Source: Ascoidea asiatica JCM 7603
Lineage: Eukaryota > Fungi > Ascomycota
NCBI GenBank assembly: GCA_001600695.1
Contig: BCKQ01000001.1
Span: 911,114-975,113 of the forward strand
DNA length: 64,000 bases
Direction of reading: 5' to 3'
A program made the position numbers and the translations under genes. The notes beneath the pieces are model-generated. The model was not told where the DNA came from, made no database searches, and saw only the letters and a program-made list of their open reading frames with translations. Positions 23,750-36,640 of the stretch are shown in pieces; within the stretch, counting starts at the first letter, position 1, and each line of letters opens with the position of its first letter.

Positions 23750-24077
23750 CTCCCACCACTTCTCTTTCTCTCGCTTCTCGAAGCCCAACGCATCGCTCTC
23801 GTTTTCTTCTCTTCGATGATTCAACTCGACAACTCTCGTTCTTACCGTAAATACACCGTAGGGATTAGTATATAAACTATGCTTTTGCCCTTGGAATTAA
23901 ACCTATTTTTCACCTTTTTCACCTCTTTTTCTTTTTTAGTCTTTGGTTTCTCTTTTGGCTCTAAGTTTATATCATTAAACTTCATTTATATATCTTATAT
24001 ATATCTTATATATATCTTATATATATCTTATATATCTTATAACTTATAATCTATCATAGATAATATCTACAATCAAA

Positions 24078-25376
24078 ATGGCAAGTGTTGTACTCGGTAC
24101 TCAATGGGGTGATGAAGGTAAAGGTAAATTAGTTGATATTTTATGTAATGATATTGATGTTTGTTGTAGATGTGCTGGTGGTAATAATGCTGGTCATACA
24201 ATTGTTGTAAATAAAATTAAATATGATTTTCATATGTTACCATCTGGTTTAATTAATCCAAATTGTAAAAATTTAATTGGTAATGGTGTTGTAATTCATT
24301 TACCTTCATTATTTAATGAATTAAATAATTTAAAATTAAAAGGACTTAAAAATTGTGAAAATAATTTATTTATATCTTCTAGAGCTCATTTAGTTTTTAA
24401 TTTTCATCAAATTGTTGATAAATTAAATGAAAAAAATTTATCAAATGGTATTAAAAATTTAAAAATTGGTACAACTGGTAAAGGTATTGGTCCAACTTAT
24501 TCAAATAAATCAAATAGATCTGGTTTAAGAATTCATCATTTAATTTCAAATTCTGAAAATTCTTGGAATGAATTTGAAGATAAATATTTTAAATTATTAA
24601 ATAATTTTAAAAAAATTTATGGAAATTTTGATTATGATTATAAAAATGAATTAGATATTTATAAAAATATTTATAAAAAAAAATTAATTCCAATGGTTGT
24701 TGATTCAATTGATTTTATTCATACTCAAATTAATTTAAATAAAAAAATCTTAGTTGAAGGTGCAAATGCTTTAATGTTAGATATAGATTTTGGTACTTAT
24801 CCATATGTTACTTCTTCAAATACTGGTATTGGTGGTGTGATAACTGGTTTAGGTATTCCTCCAAATAAAATTAAAAATATTTATGGTGTAATGAAAGCAT
24901 ATACAACTAGAGTTGGTGAAGGTCCATTTCCAACTGAACAATTAAATAAAAATGGTGATTTATTACAATCTATTGGTGCTGAATTTGGTGTAACTACTGG
25001 TAGAAAAAGAAGATGTGGTTGGTTAGATTTAGTTGTTTTAAAATATTCAACTTTAATTAATGGTTATACTCATTTAAATTTAACAAAATTAGATGTTTTA
25101 GATACTTTTAAAGAAATTAAAATTGCAATTTCTTATTCTTATAATAATAAAATTTTAAATTCATTTCCTGATGATTTAAATATTTTATCAAATGTTAAAG
25201 TTAATTATATTACTTTACCAGGTTGGGAAAAAGATATTACAAATATTAAATCTTTTAATGATTTACCAATTAATGCTAAAAATTATATTAAATTTATTGA
25301 AGATTTCTTAAATGTTCCAATTAAATGGATTGGTACTGGTCCTTCAAGAGATTCAATGCTTGAACAATTAAATTAA
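24078..25376 (+). CDS. ADE12: Adenylosuccinate synthetase
   Basis: [58 protein letters not shown]. Confidence 0.99.
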   Translation: MASVVLGTQWGDEGKGKLVDILCNDIDVCCRCAGGNNAGHTIVVNKIKYDFHMLPSGLINPNCKNLIGNGVVIHLPSLFNELNNLKLKGLKNCENNLFISSRAHLVFNFHQIVDKLNEKNLSNGIKNLKIGTTGKGIGPTYSNKSNRSGLRIHHLISNSENSWNEFEDKYFKLLNNFKKIYGNFDYDYKNELDIYKNIYKKKLIPMVVDSIDFIHTQINLNKKILVEGANALMLDIDFGTYPYVTSSNTGIGGVITGLGIPPNKIKNIYGVMKAYTTRVGEGPFPTEQLNKNGDLLQSIGAEFGVTTGRKRRCGWLDLVVLKYSTLINGYTHLNLTKLDVLDTFKEIKIAISYSYNNKILNSFPDDLNILSNVKVNYITLPGWEKDITNIKSFNDLPINAKNYIKFIEDFLNVPIKWIGTGPSRDSMLEQLN

Positions 25377-25469
25377 TTAACTTTTAATATAGAATTAAAT
25401 ATTCTTTTATAAATATACACTTTTATTCATTTATCTATTAATTATCTATAAATTAATTACTCCTTTATT

Positions 25470-27383
25470 TCACTCACTTCTTGGTAATTGAAATAAATTT
25501 TGATAATCTTCAATATTCTCTTCTCTACCAACAAATTCATTCCAAAGTTTATATAATTTAATTATAAACATTTTATAAAGTATTGAAGGAAATTCAATAT
25601 AACTTCTAAAAACAAATTTTATTGCAATTAAAACATCATTTAATGCTTCATTCCAACTTTGTCTAAAACTTTTATATTCTCTGTTATTATTATTTCTATT
25701 TTTATATTTTTTATTATATCCTTTTTCATATAATTCTTTGAATTGATTCTTAGAAAATTCAATATTCTCTTCATTTTCTTTATTTATTATCTTTTCTTCA
25801 TTTTCATCCTCAGACTCATTTACATCTTCAGACTCATTTACACCTTCACTGACTATACCTTTGGTAATAGTTTCATTTGATAAAAATTCAATTTTATCTT
25901 CAGTTATTTGATTAAGCAATTCATTATTCAATTCTTGCTCTTTTTTTTCTTTTTGTTGTTGACCATACATTAATCTAAAATTATTAATACTTTCAACACT
26001 TTTACTAATTCTATCATAAGTATTAATTAAAGCAACTAATTCACTTCTTTTTAATGATCCAACAATTTTTTGAATATCTTCAATTGATTCTTCACTTTTA
26101 TCATTTGGTAATTCAAATAATAATTTTAATGCAGTTCCATAACCTAAAGTTTGAATTTTTCCCCACATTCTACATCTTTCACATCCAACACAATCCATTA
26201 TTGAAGAAATATTTCTAAATTTTGTTTTAAATTCTTCTTTTAAAATTATTGAATTATATGAATTTTCTTGAAATAATAAATCTTCATCAAATAAATTATT
26301 TATAATATCTTTACCATTATTATTATTTTTTGTAATTTGAAATTTAATTTGATTAAATTGATTATTAATTTCATTAATATTACAAATACTTAAAAATTTT
26401 GAAAAATTTGATAATTTTAAAATTGCTTTTGTAATTAAAGAATAATTAAAATAAATATTTGATAATCTATCTGGAAAATATCCAACTCTTTCCATGAATA
26501 ATTTTAAATTTGGTTCAAATTTTTTTAAAATTGGATTATAAAATTCATTTGATAAATGTGTACCAATTGAAGCATGTAAACCAGATATAATTCTATAAAA
26601 TACTCTTTTTTCAATACATTCATTATCAATATTATCAATAAATGAATTTGAAATTTTATTCAGTTTAGAATTATCATTTAAATTTTCTTTTGTAAAACAA
26701 TTTTCTAAATAAATTGATTTCCAAACTTGATTTGATTGTGGACCACCATAACCACTAAATCTTTCAGGATTATCAATTAAATTTACATAAACAGCATCAA
26801 TTGAAGATTCTTCATCAGTATTACAATAATCATTTGAAATTATATTTTTATTAATATTATTATTACAATTTCCACCATCTATTATATTATTTAAAAAATT
26901 TAAATCTTCATTATTATCAAATTTAATTTCATTATGAATATTATCAATTTGATTTTTTGAATCAAATTTTGATAAATTTAACATAATTTCATTTTTAATA
27001 AATTTTGGTAAATTATCATAATTTTCTAAATCTATTATATCAACAACACAATTTTTATTATGACATACTTTATCATTATCATCATTCCAAAATGGACAAT
27101 TTTTATATAAATTAATTTTAAAATATTTAAAATAATCTTTATTAATTAAATTTTTTAAAATTGGTCTAATATTTAAATTTAAATTATTTAAAGATTGAAA
27201 AGTTAAATTACATCCATCATTTATAAATTGAGAATCTAATTTACAAAAATCAGGTTGATTAAAAGATTCAAATGAATTAATCGAATTTGTTGAATTATTG
27301 ATTGGATTTGAATATATTAAGAAAGGTAAATATAAATATATAGTAAGGATTGATAAAAAATATGACTTAGTTGATAGTTTCAT
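25470..27383 (-). CDS. ERO1: ER oxidoreductin Ero1
   Basis: Signal peptide, CPFW, NPERFSGYGG, ISGLHASIGTHL, MDCVGCERCRMWGKIQTLGYGTALK. Confidence 0.97.
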   Translation of the reverse strand: MKLSTKSYFLSILTIYLYLPFLIYSNPINNSTNSINSFESFNQPDFCKLDSQFINDGCNLTFQSLNNLNLNIRPILKNLINKDYFKYFKINLYKNCPFWNDDNDKVCHNKNCVVDIIDLENYDNLPKFIKNEIMLNLSKFDSKNQIDNIHNEIKFDNNEDLNFLNNIIDGGNCNNNINKNIISNDYCNTDEESSIDAVYVNLIDNPERFSGYGGPQSNQVWKSIYLENCFTKENLNDNSKLNKISNSFIDNIDNECIEKRVFYRIISGLHASIGTHLSNEFYNPILKKFEPNLKLFMERVGYFPDRLSNIYFNYSLITKAILKLSNFSKFLSICNINEINNQFNQIKFQITKNNNNGKDIINNLFDEDLLFQENSYNSIILKEEFKTKFRNISSIMDCVGCERCRMWGKIQTLGYGTALKLLFELPNDKSEESIEDIQKIVGSLKRSELVALINTYDRISKSVESINNFRLMYGQQQKEKKEQELNNELLNQITEDKIEFLSNETITKGIVSEGVNESEDVNESEDENEEKIINKENEENIEFSKNQFKELYEKGYNKKYKNRNNNNREYKSFRQSWNEALNDVLIAIKFVFRSYIEFPSILYKMFIIKLYKLWNEFVGREENIEDYQNLFQLPRSE

Positions 27384-27777
27384 TATAATAAATAAGTGAT
27401 TGATATGCTAAATTGATGAATGATTTTAGTTGATAAAAAAAAAAAAAGGATATAAATGAAAATGTATATTGTAATGAGATTTTTGAAATAGTTTATATAC
27501 TTGAATGAGATGATTGAATAGTGATTAGTAATTATCAATTAGTAATTAGTCTTGAATGCAATTTTAGAGAATATTCAAGAGTGAAATCAATAAATAAAGA
27601 ATACTTAATGTTGATATATTTGAAATATCCAAATAAGAATAAATTATTTTACTTTTTTAATATATTTGAGTAAAAGTCACTGAAATATTGACAGAGATCC
27701 AGTTAAGAACTGTCTGAACAGATCAGACTATGAGACAAAATCAGGAATATCAGGAAGAAAACCTGTGTTAGAAGGAA

Positions 27778-27787
27778 ACAGCGTGTC
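27778..27787. promoter_or_regulatory. UPRE-1 (Hac1 site) in the ERO1 promoter
   Basis: ACAGCGTGTC matches the KAR2 UPRE core CAGCGTG. It lies ~395 bp upstream of ERO1, a known UPR target. Confidence 0.6.
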
Positions 27788-28194
27788 CCCTTTACAATCA
27801 CCCCATAGTGCTTGTAAAAAAGAAGGCGACGGGCCGTGACCATCCGTCTAGAACAGTTCTTTTACTACGGTACTTACTGTACAGCAGAACAATTCTTCGA
27901 TGGAAGATAAATTGCTTTTGAATGCAAAAAGGAACTTCAGCCCTAAAGTTCTTCGATAGAAATATTCACCAGTTCTAGGTAAGTTACTGCTATTATTGAT
28001 TTCTTCTGCAAAATGAACAGTTAATCAACTACAGTATTACCTCTTGTTTTTTAAATCGGGAATATAATATAAATCTCTTCAAAGTGGAAAGCAGATATCA
28101 AAACACTAAGTGTATCAGGTGGCATATTTACATCCGACTACAACTGCCCTCGTAACATGTCCAAAACCCCTTAAATGGGGTTTGCTTAAATGCA

Positions 28195-28200
28195 CACGTG
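28195..28200. promoter_or_regulatory. CACGTG (Cbf1-type) site in the SAH1 promoter
   Basis: E-box upstream of a methyl-cycle gene. Cbf1/Met4 control of sulfur genes is established in yeasts. Confidence 0.45.
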
Positions 28201-28718
28201 TCTAGGGTTCGCTTAAAGTGCTCCATGTGTTCGCGAGTGTCCGTGTGTGGCGCGTGGCTTGTCAGCTGGGTCTTATACGAGCACATGCTTTTGCTATTTT
28301 TCGTTCCTCGTTCCTGCCCATGCCGTTTTCACTGCTCACCCCGAACCGACACCGCGTCTGCACATGCTCAACACTTTTTGCCTTTTGTTTTTTCCTTTTT
28401 CTGTTTCCGCTGCATAAAATCCGTCGCAAAGCTTTCTCTCGAAAAAGAAACAATTTTTATTGATTTTTGGAAAAAAAACTTTCACTTCATCGCTGAGTTT
28501 CTGTCAATGAGCTACTGTTTATATATCTCCAGATTTCTTTTTATTTTTCAATATATCAATTAGAACTTTTTACTTTTCTTTTAATTTTAGTTGTATATTC
28601 AGTTCAATTTAATTTAATTTAATTCAATTACATTACATTTCATTGATTTTATATTCATTGTATTTACCTTTATATTCTTACAAACAATCAAACAAATAAT
28701 TAAAAAAAAAACTTCATT

Positions 28719-30056
28719 ATGTCTCATTATAAAGTTGCTGATATTTCTTTAGCTGCCTTTGGTAGAAAAGAAATTGAATTATCTGAAAATGAAATGCCTG
28801 GTTTAATGGCAATTAGAAAGAAATATGGTAAATATCAACCTTTAAAAGGTGCAAGAATTGCTGGTTGTTTACATATGACTATTCAAACTGCTGTTTTAAT
28901 TGAAACTTTAGTTTCTTTAGGTGCTGAAGTAACTTGGTCATCATGTAATATATTTTCAACTCAAGATCATGCTGCTGCTGCAATTGCTGCAACTGGTGTT
29001 CCAGTTTTTGCCTGGAAAGGTGAAACTGAAGAAGAATACCAATGGTGTATTGAACAACAATTATTTTCTTTTAAAGATAATAAAAAATTAAATTTAATTT
29101 TAGATGATGGTGGTGATTTAACTTCTTTAGTTCATGAAAAATATCCTGAAATGTTAGAAAATTGTTTTGGTTTAAGTGAAGAAACAACAACTGGTGTTCA
29201 TCATTTATATAAAATGATGAATAAAGGTACTTTAAAAGTTCCTGCAATTAATGTTAATGATTCTGTAACAAAATCAAAATTTGATAATTTATATGGTTGT
29301 AGAGAATCTTTAATTGATGGTATTAAAAGAGCTACTGATGTTATGTTAGCTGGTAAAGTTGCTGTTGTTTGTGGTTTTGGTGATGTTGGTAAAGGTTGTG
29401 CAATGTCTCTTAGAGGTATGGGTGCAAGAGTTATTGTAACTGAAATTGATCCAATTAATGCTTTACAAGCTGCTGTTTCTGGTTATGAAGTTGCTCCTTT
29501 AGATGATGTTGCTTCAATGGGTCAAATCTTTGTTACAACAACTGGTTGTCGTGATATTATAACTGGTTCTCATTTCTTAAAAATGCCTGAAGATGCAATT
29601 GTTTGTAATATTGGTCATTTTGATATTGAAATTGATGTTGCTTGGATTAAAAAAAATGCAAAAGAACATATTAATATTAAACCACAAGTCGATCGTTATT
29701 TATTAGAATCTGGTAATCATATTATTTTATTAGCTGAAGGTAGATTAGTTAATTTAGGTTGTGCAACTGGTCATTCTTCATTTGTTATGTCATGTTCTTT
29801 TACAAATCAAGTTTTAGCTCAAATTGCTTTATTTAATGCTGATAATGATGAATTTAGAAAAGAATTTATTGAATTTGAAAAAACTGGTAAATTTAAAATT
29901 GGTGTTCATACTTTACCAAAAATTTTAGATGAAACTGTTGCAAGATTACATTTAGATCATTTAGGTGCAAAATTAACAAAATTAACTCCTGTTCAATCTG
30001 AATATCTTGATGTTCCAGTTGAAGGTCCATTTAAACCTGATATTTACCGTTATTAA
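28719..30056 (+). CDS. SAH1: S-adenosylhomocysteine hydrolase
   Basis: [78 protein letters not shown]. Confidence 0.99.
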   Translation: MSHYKVADISLAAFGRKEIELSENEMPGLMAIRKKYGKYQPLKGARIAGCLHMTIQTAVLIETLVSLGAEVTWSSCNIFSTQDHAAAAIAATGVPVFAWKGETEEEYQWCIEQQLFSFKDNKKLNLILDDGGDLTSLVHEKYPEMLENCFGLSEETTTGVHHLYKMMNKGTLKVPAINVNDSVTKSKFDNLYGCRESLIDGIKRATDVMLAGKVAVVCGFGDVGKGCAMSLRGMGARVIVTEIDPINALQAAVSGYEVAPLDDVASMGQIFVTTTGCRDIITGSHFLKMPEDAIVCNIGHFDIEIDVAWIKKNAKEHINIKPQVDRYLLESGNHIILLAEGRLVNLGCATGHSSFVMSCSFTNQVLAQIALFNADNDEFRKEFIEFEKTGKFKIGVHTLPKILDETVARLHLDHLGAKLTKLTPVQSEYLDVPVEGPFKPDIYRY

Positions 30057-30377
30057 GTAATTTATTAATTACTGGTAAAACTTTTTTTTCTCTAAAACTT
30101 ATTAATTTTTTTTTTCTTTCTTCTACATCATGTATTTATCTATTCAACTTAGATTTTATTATCATTCGTCATTTTCAACACTATGGGGGTATCTATCTGT
30201 TTTTCTAATCTTTTTTATAATGTTACATAATTAAATATTTCAACATACAAACAAAAAAAATAAATAAAATTTCCTCAACGGATAAAAAAAAATAATGAAA
30301 ATATCATATTACAAATTGTAAGTTCTTGAAACGAAATCATCTATTAAATATTCTATAATAATTATCTAAAAAAGTAA

Positions 30378-31487
30378 CTAATGATCAATTGGCCAATAAC
30401 CTGGAAATAAATAAGTCATTTTATGTAAAACTTCTTTTTTAACACCAGTTATTCCAGTACTAACACTCATTTTCATTGAACCTTTTAAATCATTACCAAT
30501 TTCTCCATCTTTTAGTGCTTTTTCTAATGATGGAATTATTGATACAGCTAATTTATTTGCATTTTCTCCATTTGCTTTTAAATTTCCAACAACTGTTTCA
30601 ACTGTAACTGGTTCTTCATTAATATTCCATGCATCATAATCTGTACTCATACAAATCATTTGATAACTAATTTCTGCTTCTCTTGCTAATTTAGATTCTG
30701 GAATACATGACATATTAATTACTGATCCACCCCATGATCTATATAATTGAGATTCAGCTCTTGTTGAAAATGCTGGACCTTCCATACAAATTAAGGTAAT
30801 ATCTTCATTTTTATCTTTTGGAAAATGTAATTTAGAATTTTCTAACAGTGCTGAATGTTTTGAAATCAATTCATTTAATTTTGGATCAAAAGGTTCACCA
30901 AATCCTGCATGAGCAACAAATCCTTTTTCAAAAAATGTTGAAGGTCTAATTCCTTTAGTTCTATCAATAATTTGATTTGGTAAAACAAAATCTCTTGGTT
31001 TGATTTCTTGTCTTAATGATCCAACAGCAGAAAATGCAACAATTGCTTTAACACCTAAAGATTTTAATGCTGCTATATTTGCTTGACTTGGAACATCAGT
31101 TGGTAATAAATCATGATGATATCCATGACGTGCTAAAAATGCAATTGGAAATCCAGTTTTTGTTCTTGAAATTGTAATTGGTGAAGATGGAAATCCCCAT
31201 GGAGTTGAAATAGTTAATCTTGCAACTGCTTCTAAAGAATCTAAATGATATAATCCAGTTCCTCCGATGATTGCTAAAGACACTGGTTCATTGAAAGTTG
31301 TTGGTAAGGTTTTTGTATTTGTAGTATTATTTCTATGTGCAGACATTTTGATATTTTCCAATTTAAATATTAATTTGTTTACTTTTTTAAAAAGAATTGT
31401 TGATTGATTAGAGAATAATCTTAAAGTATAATGACTATATGAATAATTATAAAAGTTTTTAGTTGTAATTCGAAATAAAAAGTTCAT
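30378..31487 (-). CDS. MEU1: 5'-methylthioadenosine phosphorylase (MTAP); second in-frame ATG at 31346
   Basis: IIGGTGLY, FLARHG, ANIAALK, SAVGSLR, CMEGPAFSTRAES, INMSCIPESKLAREAE, TDYDAW. Confidence 0.96.
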   Translation of the reverse strand: MNFLFRITTKNFYNYSYSHYTLRLFSNQSTILFKKVNKLIFKLENIKMSAHRNNTTNTKTLPTTFNEPVSLAIIGGTGLYHLDSLEAVARLTISTPWGFPSSPITISRTKTGFPIAFLARHGYHHDLLPTDVPSQANIAALKSLGVKAIVAFSAVGSLRQEIKPRDFVLPNQIIDRTKGIRPSTFFEKGFVAHAGFGEPFDPKLNELISKHSALLENSKLHFPKDKNEDITLICMEGPAFSTRAESQLYRSWGGSVINMSCIPESKLAREAEISYQMICMSTDYDAWNINEEPVTVETVVGNLKANGENANKLAVSIIPSLEKALKDGEIGNDLKGSMKMSVSTGITGVKKEVLHKMTYLFPGYWPIDH

Positions 31488-31910
31488 TCAATATTTTCCT
31501 TACCTTCAAAACTTATAACCAAAATAATTCAATTTTAACCTTCTTTTTTTCCAGTTTTTTGAATATTTTTAATTTCTTTTATAACAAAAACTAAAAACAA
31601 AAGTAAATATCCCTTTTAAAATCGGGACATTACACGATGACCCACGTTGGCTATCTGTAAATCTGCCAGAAAAACGGCTTTGAAAAACGTGGAGTGCAGC
31701 TGAAAGTGACTTTGTCACCTGAAGAAACGAGATTTTAAAAAAAATAAATTATTGAAACAGACAATTAATCTACATTATAAAAGCTACAAAAGCTATAAAA
31801 ATATTACAAATGATGCAAATGCTACAAGAATTGAAAAAAAAAAGAAAAAATTAAACAGGTTTATTTAATAATTGTGAAAGGGTATTTTGATTATTATTTA
31901 GATTATTATA

Positions 31911-34184
31911 TTAATAATCAACTGATTGTTTTCCTTTCTTTTTTTGATTTCTTTTATGATGTTTTTTTTTACCAGTTCCTTCTAATAATTTACCCTTTTG
32001 ATGAAATGGAGTTGAATATATTCCTTTAACATTATTTAATTTGAAAAATTCTTTATCTAGATCAGCTCCAGATGATATTAAAGCAGCTTGATCACCACCA
32101 TGATTACTCATAGTTTTAGAATTACCATCAATATCATTACCAATAAAATTTGAAAAAGTTAATTTAGCTAAATCTTTAGCTAAATCAAAATTTTCAGGAT
32201 CTAAACCTTTTAATTTTATTGCATTTAAAACTTGTTCTCTTCTATTTTCAGCTAATGAATTTATATTTGTATAAATTTCTTTATTGAATTCTATTGAATC
32301 ATCATATGACATTGGAGTTTCATCATCATTTAAAGGTGGTGTAACATATAATAATTTACCATTAATATAATCTTTTAAAACATATCTTGCAGCTCTACTT
32401 TGATCAGCAGAACCAAAACCTTGAGTCATATAACCTCTTGCTCTTGCATAAGCAGTTAAAAATTCATCATAAGTTGGAATTCCAGAACCACCTTCATTTA
32501 TAGGTTTTATTGGAATTGCAATACCATAAGTTAATTCTAAAAAAAATTTTGGTATTCTATTACAAATTAATTGTACAGGAGCAGAAATTTCATTTAATTG
32601 ATCAACAGGTAAAACACCATTAACAACTAATTCAGCTTTTGTTGAAGCAAAATTTGGAAAAACTAAACCTGGACAATCACATAATAAAACTTTATCAGAT
32701 AAATGAATTGTTTGAAAATGTTTTGTTTTACCAGGAGTGGCAGATACAGAAACTTTTTTTGAACCTACAAGAGCATTAATTGTTGAAGATTTACCAACAT
32801 TTGGATAACCAACTAAACCAATTTGAATTTTTGCAGATTCTTTTGGATTTGGAGATGGTGTTAATGGTTTTGGAGCTTCTTTTAAAAATAAATTTTCTAA
32901 TTGATCAACAGATATAATTTTAATTTTTTCAAATAAATAATTTGGATCTATTATATCTTGATCTTTATCAAAAGACTGTATATATTCTTTATCATTTAGT
33001 TTTTCATCTTCATTATTATTATTTTCTTCATTATTATTATCTTCTTCATTAGCTTGTTTTTCTAATAATTGATTTGAATTTAAAGCAGAAAAAAAAGTAA
33101 AATGAATATTATTTTTTATAAAATATTTAGCCCATTTAATTCTTTGATTAATTGATAATAAATCAGCTTTATTAACTAATAATAAATTTTTTTTTTTATA
33201 ATTTAATTCTTTTGTATAAATTTCTAAATCTATTGATCTAAAAAATAATGGATTTCTTGCATCAACAATTTGAACAATTAAATCACTTCTTTCAAGTACT
33301 CTCCATAATTGTCTCCAAACTTCAATATTTTTTTCAAATGGAGTTAATAATAAATTTGAATTTAATTGAATTAAATCTGCTAAAGATTTTCTCCATTGTA
33401 AAAAATAATTATTTTCTAAAGATTGTAATTGAAATTTTGTTAAAATTTTATCTTTTTTTGTATCATTATTATTATTATCATTATTATTATTATTATTGTT
33501 ATTTTCCAGATCATCATTCTTTGTTTCAATTTTCCAATTTGGACGTCTAGGTATTGTTAATTTTGATTTATTTTGAATTTGTAAATTTAAATTTTCATTT
33601 TCTTGTTCTTTTGATAATAAGTATGGATTATTAGTATTATTATCAATATGAGAATTTGTATTTTCAGAATCATTATCATCACCATCTTGATTACTTTGAT
33701 TTGATTGTTGTATTACATTATGATTATTAACTGAAATAATTTTTATATTATTTGATCTTTCAGCAGTAAAATCAGTATCAGCTAATTTTGCAGAATTTAA
33801 AAATTCATCTAAAGAAGATTCATGAGTTACAGATCTTAATTTAACCCAATCAGCTTCTTTATTTTTATCAGTTGAAAATCTCATTTCACCATCAGGTAAA
33901 AATTCAACTTTATTCTCTTTTAATCTAACATTTTGTATAGCTCTACCTAAACCTATAGTATTTCTATTTTTATGATGAATAGGTTTTGGACCTTTTGGAG
34001 CTTTCCATTTCTTTGGTGAAATTTTTTCAGGAGGCTAAGTTTAAGATGTTAGTTGATTGTTAAAGTATCAAAAAAAAAAAAAAAAAAATAAGAAAAAGAA
34101 AGACAGTATCTTTTTCTGAGAAAAAAGTATTGATGAAGTAGATTAATTGATTATTAATATAATTTAAGAAGATTAACTTACCAT
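31911..34184 (-). CDS. LSG1: 60S export GTPase Lsg1; two exons (34184-34182 ATG; 34034-31911), ~708 aa
   Basis: Spliced N-terminus M-PPEKISPKKWKAPKGPKP...LGRAI...LPDGEMRF matches Lsg1. G4 NKAD, G1 GYPNVGKSS, TPGKTKHFQT, DCPG. Confidence 0.95.
34035..34181 (-). other. 147-nt spliceosomal intron of LSG1
   Basis: ATG|GTAAGT donor, branch AACTAAC (34054-34048), TAG acceptor (34037-34035). Splicing restores the frame with the downstream ORF. Confidence 0.9.
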
Positions 34185-34578
34185 TATTTAGATTATACTG
34201 GGGATAAATAGCTTTTGGAATATAGTAAGACTAGAATATAGATATTCAGATATAGATATAATATAGAAGATTAAAGAAGTATAAAACTAGAATAGAAATG
34301 TCAATTGTAAATAGCAATTTGAATTGATTTTATTGATTTGATTCTTGAAAATTTCCATTGAATATAAAAAATATGAAATAAATCAAAAATTGATAAAATT
34401 TCCTTAAAAAAAATTTTATTATATTTGAGGACAAGGTTATTCTGAAATAAGCAGGGGATAACTGGTATAAAAAGCTATTCCATTATTAAAACATTGTCCT
34501 GGTTTTAAAGGGATTCTTCGGGATAGAAACATTTTAATGCAGGAAGTTACAGAACTAAAGCCAAATTTGCATAGATAA

Positions 34579-34595
34579 ACCATAAAAGCGGTCTC
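34579..34595 (+). promoter_or_regulatory. ACCA-N6-CGGTCTC element in the LSG1/YPT6 divergent promoter
   Basis: ACCA-taaaag-CGGTCTC at the edge of the GC-rich island. Confidence 0.45.
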
Positions 34596-35466
34596 TTGCA
34601 CTATTGCACTTAGTCATTGCTTACATCATTAAAAAAAATGCACTGCTTTTGCGCTGACGTAATAAAAAGCCAGCTCTGCGGGTCTTTTGGAGTGGCTGGT
34701 GGCGGTGCTGTGGCGAACGAGACACAAAACACAAACCACTCCAGAAACAGCTCAAAAGTCTTCAGAGGCCTTCAAAAGCTCTGGTCTCAGGCAATTTTGT
34801 TGTTGTTCCTCCTCGTCGCACACAAACAGTGAAATATCAACAGCTCTGAGAGAAAGAAAAGAGTTTTGAAAGCAAATAAAACAACCTCAAATAAATAAAT
34901 AAATAAATAAATAAATAGATAAATAGATAAATAGATAAAACAATAATCAAATCAAAAGCATATATCAAATCAATAAATAAAACAACAGTATTCACCAGAT
35001 TGTTTCTTTATCATTAACCAGCTCGCAGTTCAATCGAAGTCTTTTTTGAAAGTCTCTTTGAAAGTCTTTTTTTAAATCTGATAATCGCATCAAAATCTAG
35101 ATTCAATCCACTTTTTATCATAAACTGATATCATATTTCATATTTCATTACTAAATATTGAATATTAAATAACTAAATAATTAAATATTATTTAACTACT
35201 GTTAATCTTCTGATAAACTCCCATATTTATTTGGTAAAGATACTTAATTCATAAGAATCACTCTCGTACAAAAATTATAAGTTCTACAAGTTCTAGTCTT
35301 ATTTTCTTGGCTTCTTTTATCCATTTTACTTTCTTATATCAATAATAATTATCAAATTTTAGTATATACCAGTATAATATAATACAATCATATACAAATA
35401 TTCTAATATTACAGTATTCTAATATAATCATATCATATTACAATATATCATCTCATATACATATAC

Positions 35467-35497
<31 letters not shown>

Positions 35498-35512
35498 AAC
35501 CTAGATACTTAA

Positions 35513-36199
<687 letters not shown>

Positions 36200-36640
36200 T
36201 TTCTTTAATTTTCATACTTTTCATTCATAAATCATTTTCCCACTCCATAACTCACTCACTCAATCAATCAATCAATCAATTAATTCTTTATGTTTTTTTG
36301 TTTTTTTTTGTAAAATTTTGTTAAATTCATATCTAATATCACCATAATCTTTTTCTCTTTTTCTCTTTCTTTCTATTTTTTTTTAAAAAAAACTTTTTGC
36401 TTTCTTTAATTCTCTATATCTTCTATATACAATTCTTCTATCCTCTACACTTTTTCTGTTTTTTTTTTTCTTTTTCTCTCTCATTTTTCTTTCTCTTTTT
36501 CTTTTTGTCGTTTTATTTTCCATTGAATTATTGAATTATTTAATCACTCGATTAATCGAATACTTCTTCTATCATGTATCTACATTATATAAATATAATA
36601 CAAATATAATATACATTAAACTATTTACTCATCTTTACTT

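Noticed and set aside
23563-23875. Overlapping ORFs with poly-T, PL and GS repeats; telomere-like reading of (TGGTAG)n
   Set aside because: Products of the (CCACTA)10 microsatellite in a GC-rich promoter. Internal position and no subtelomeric context.
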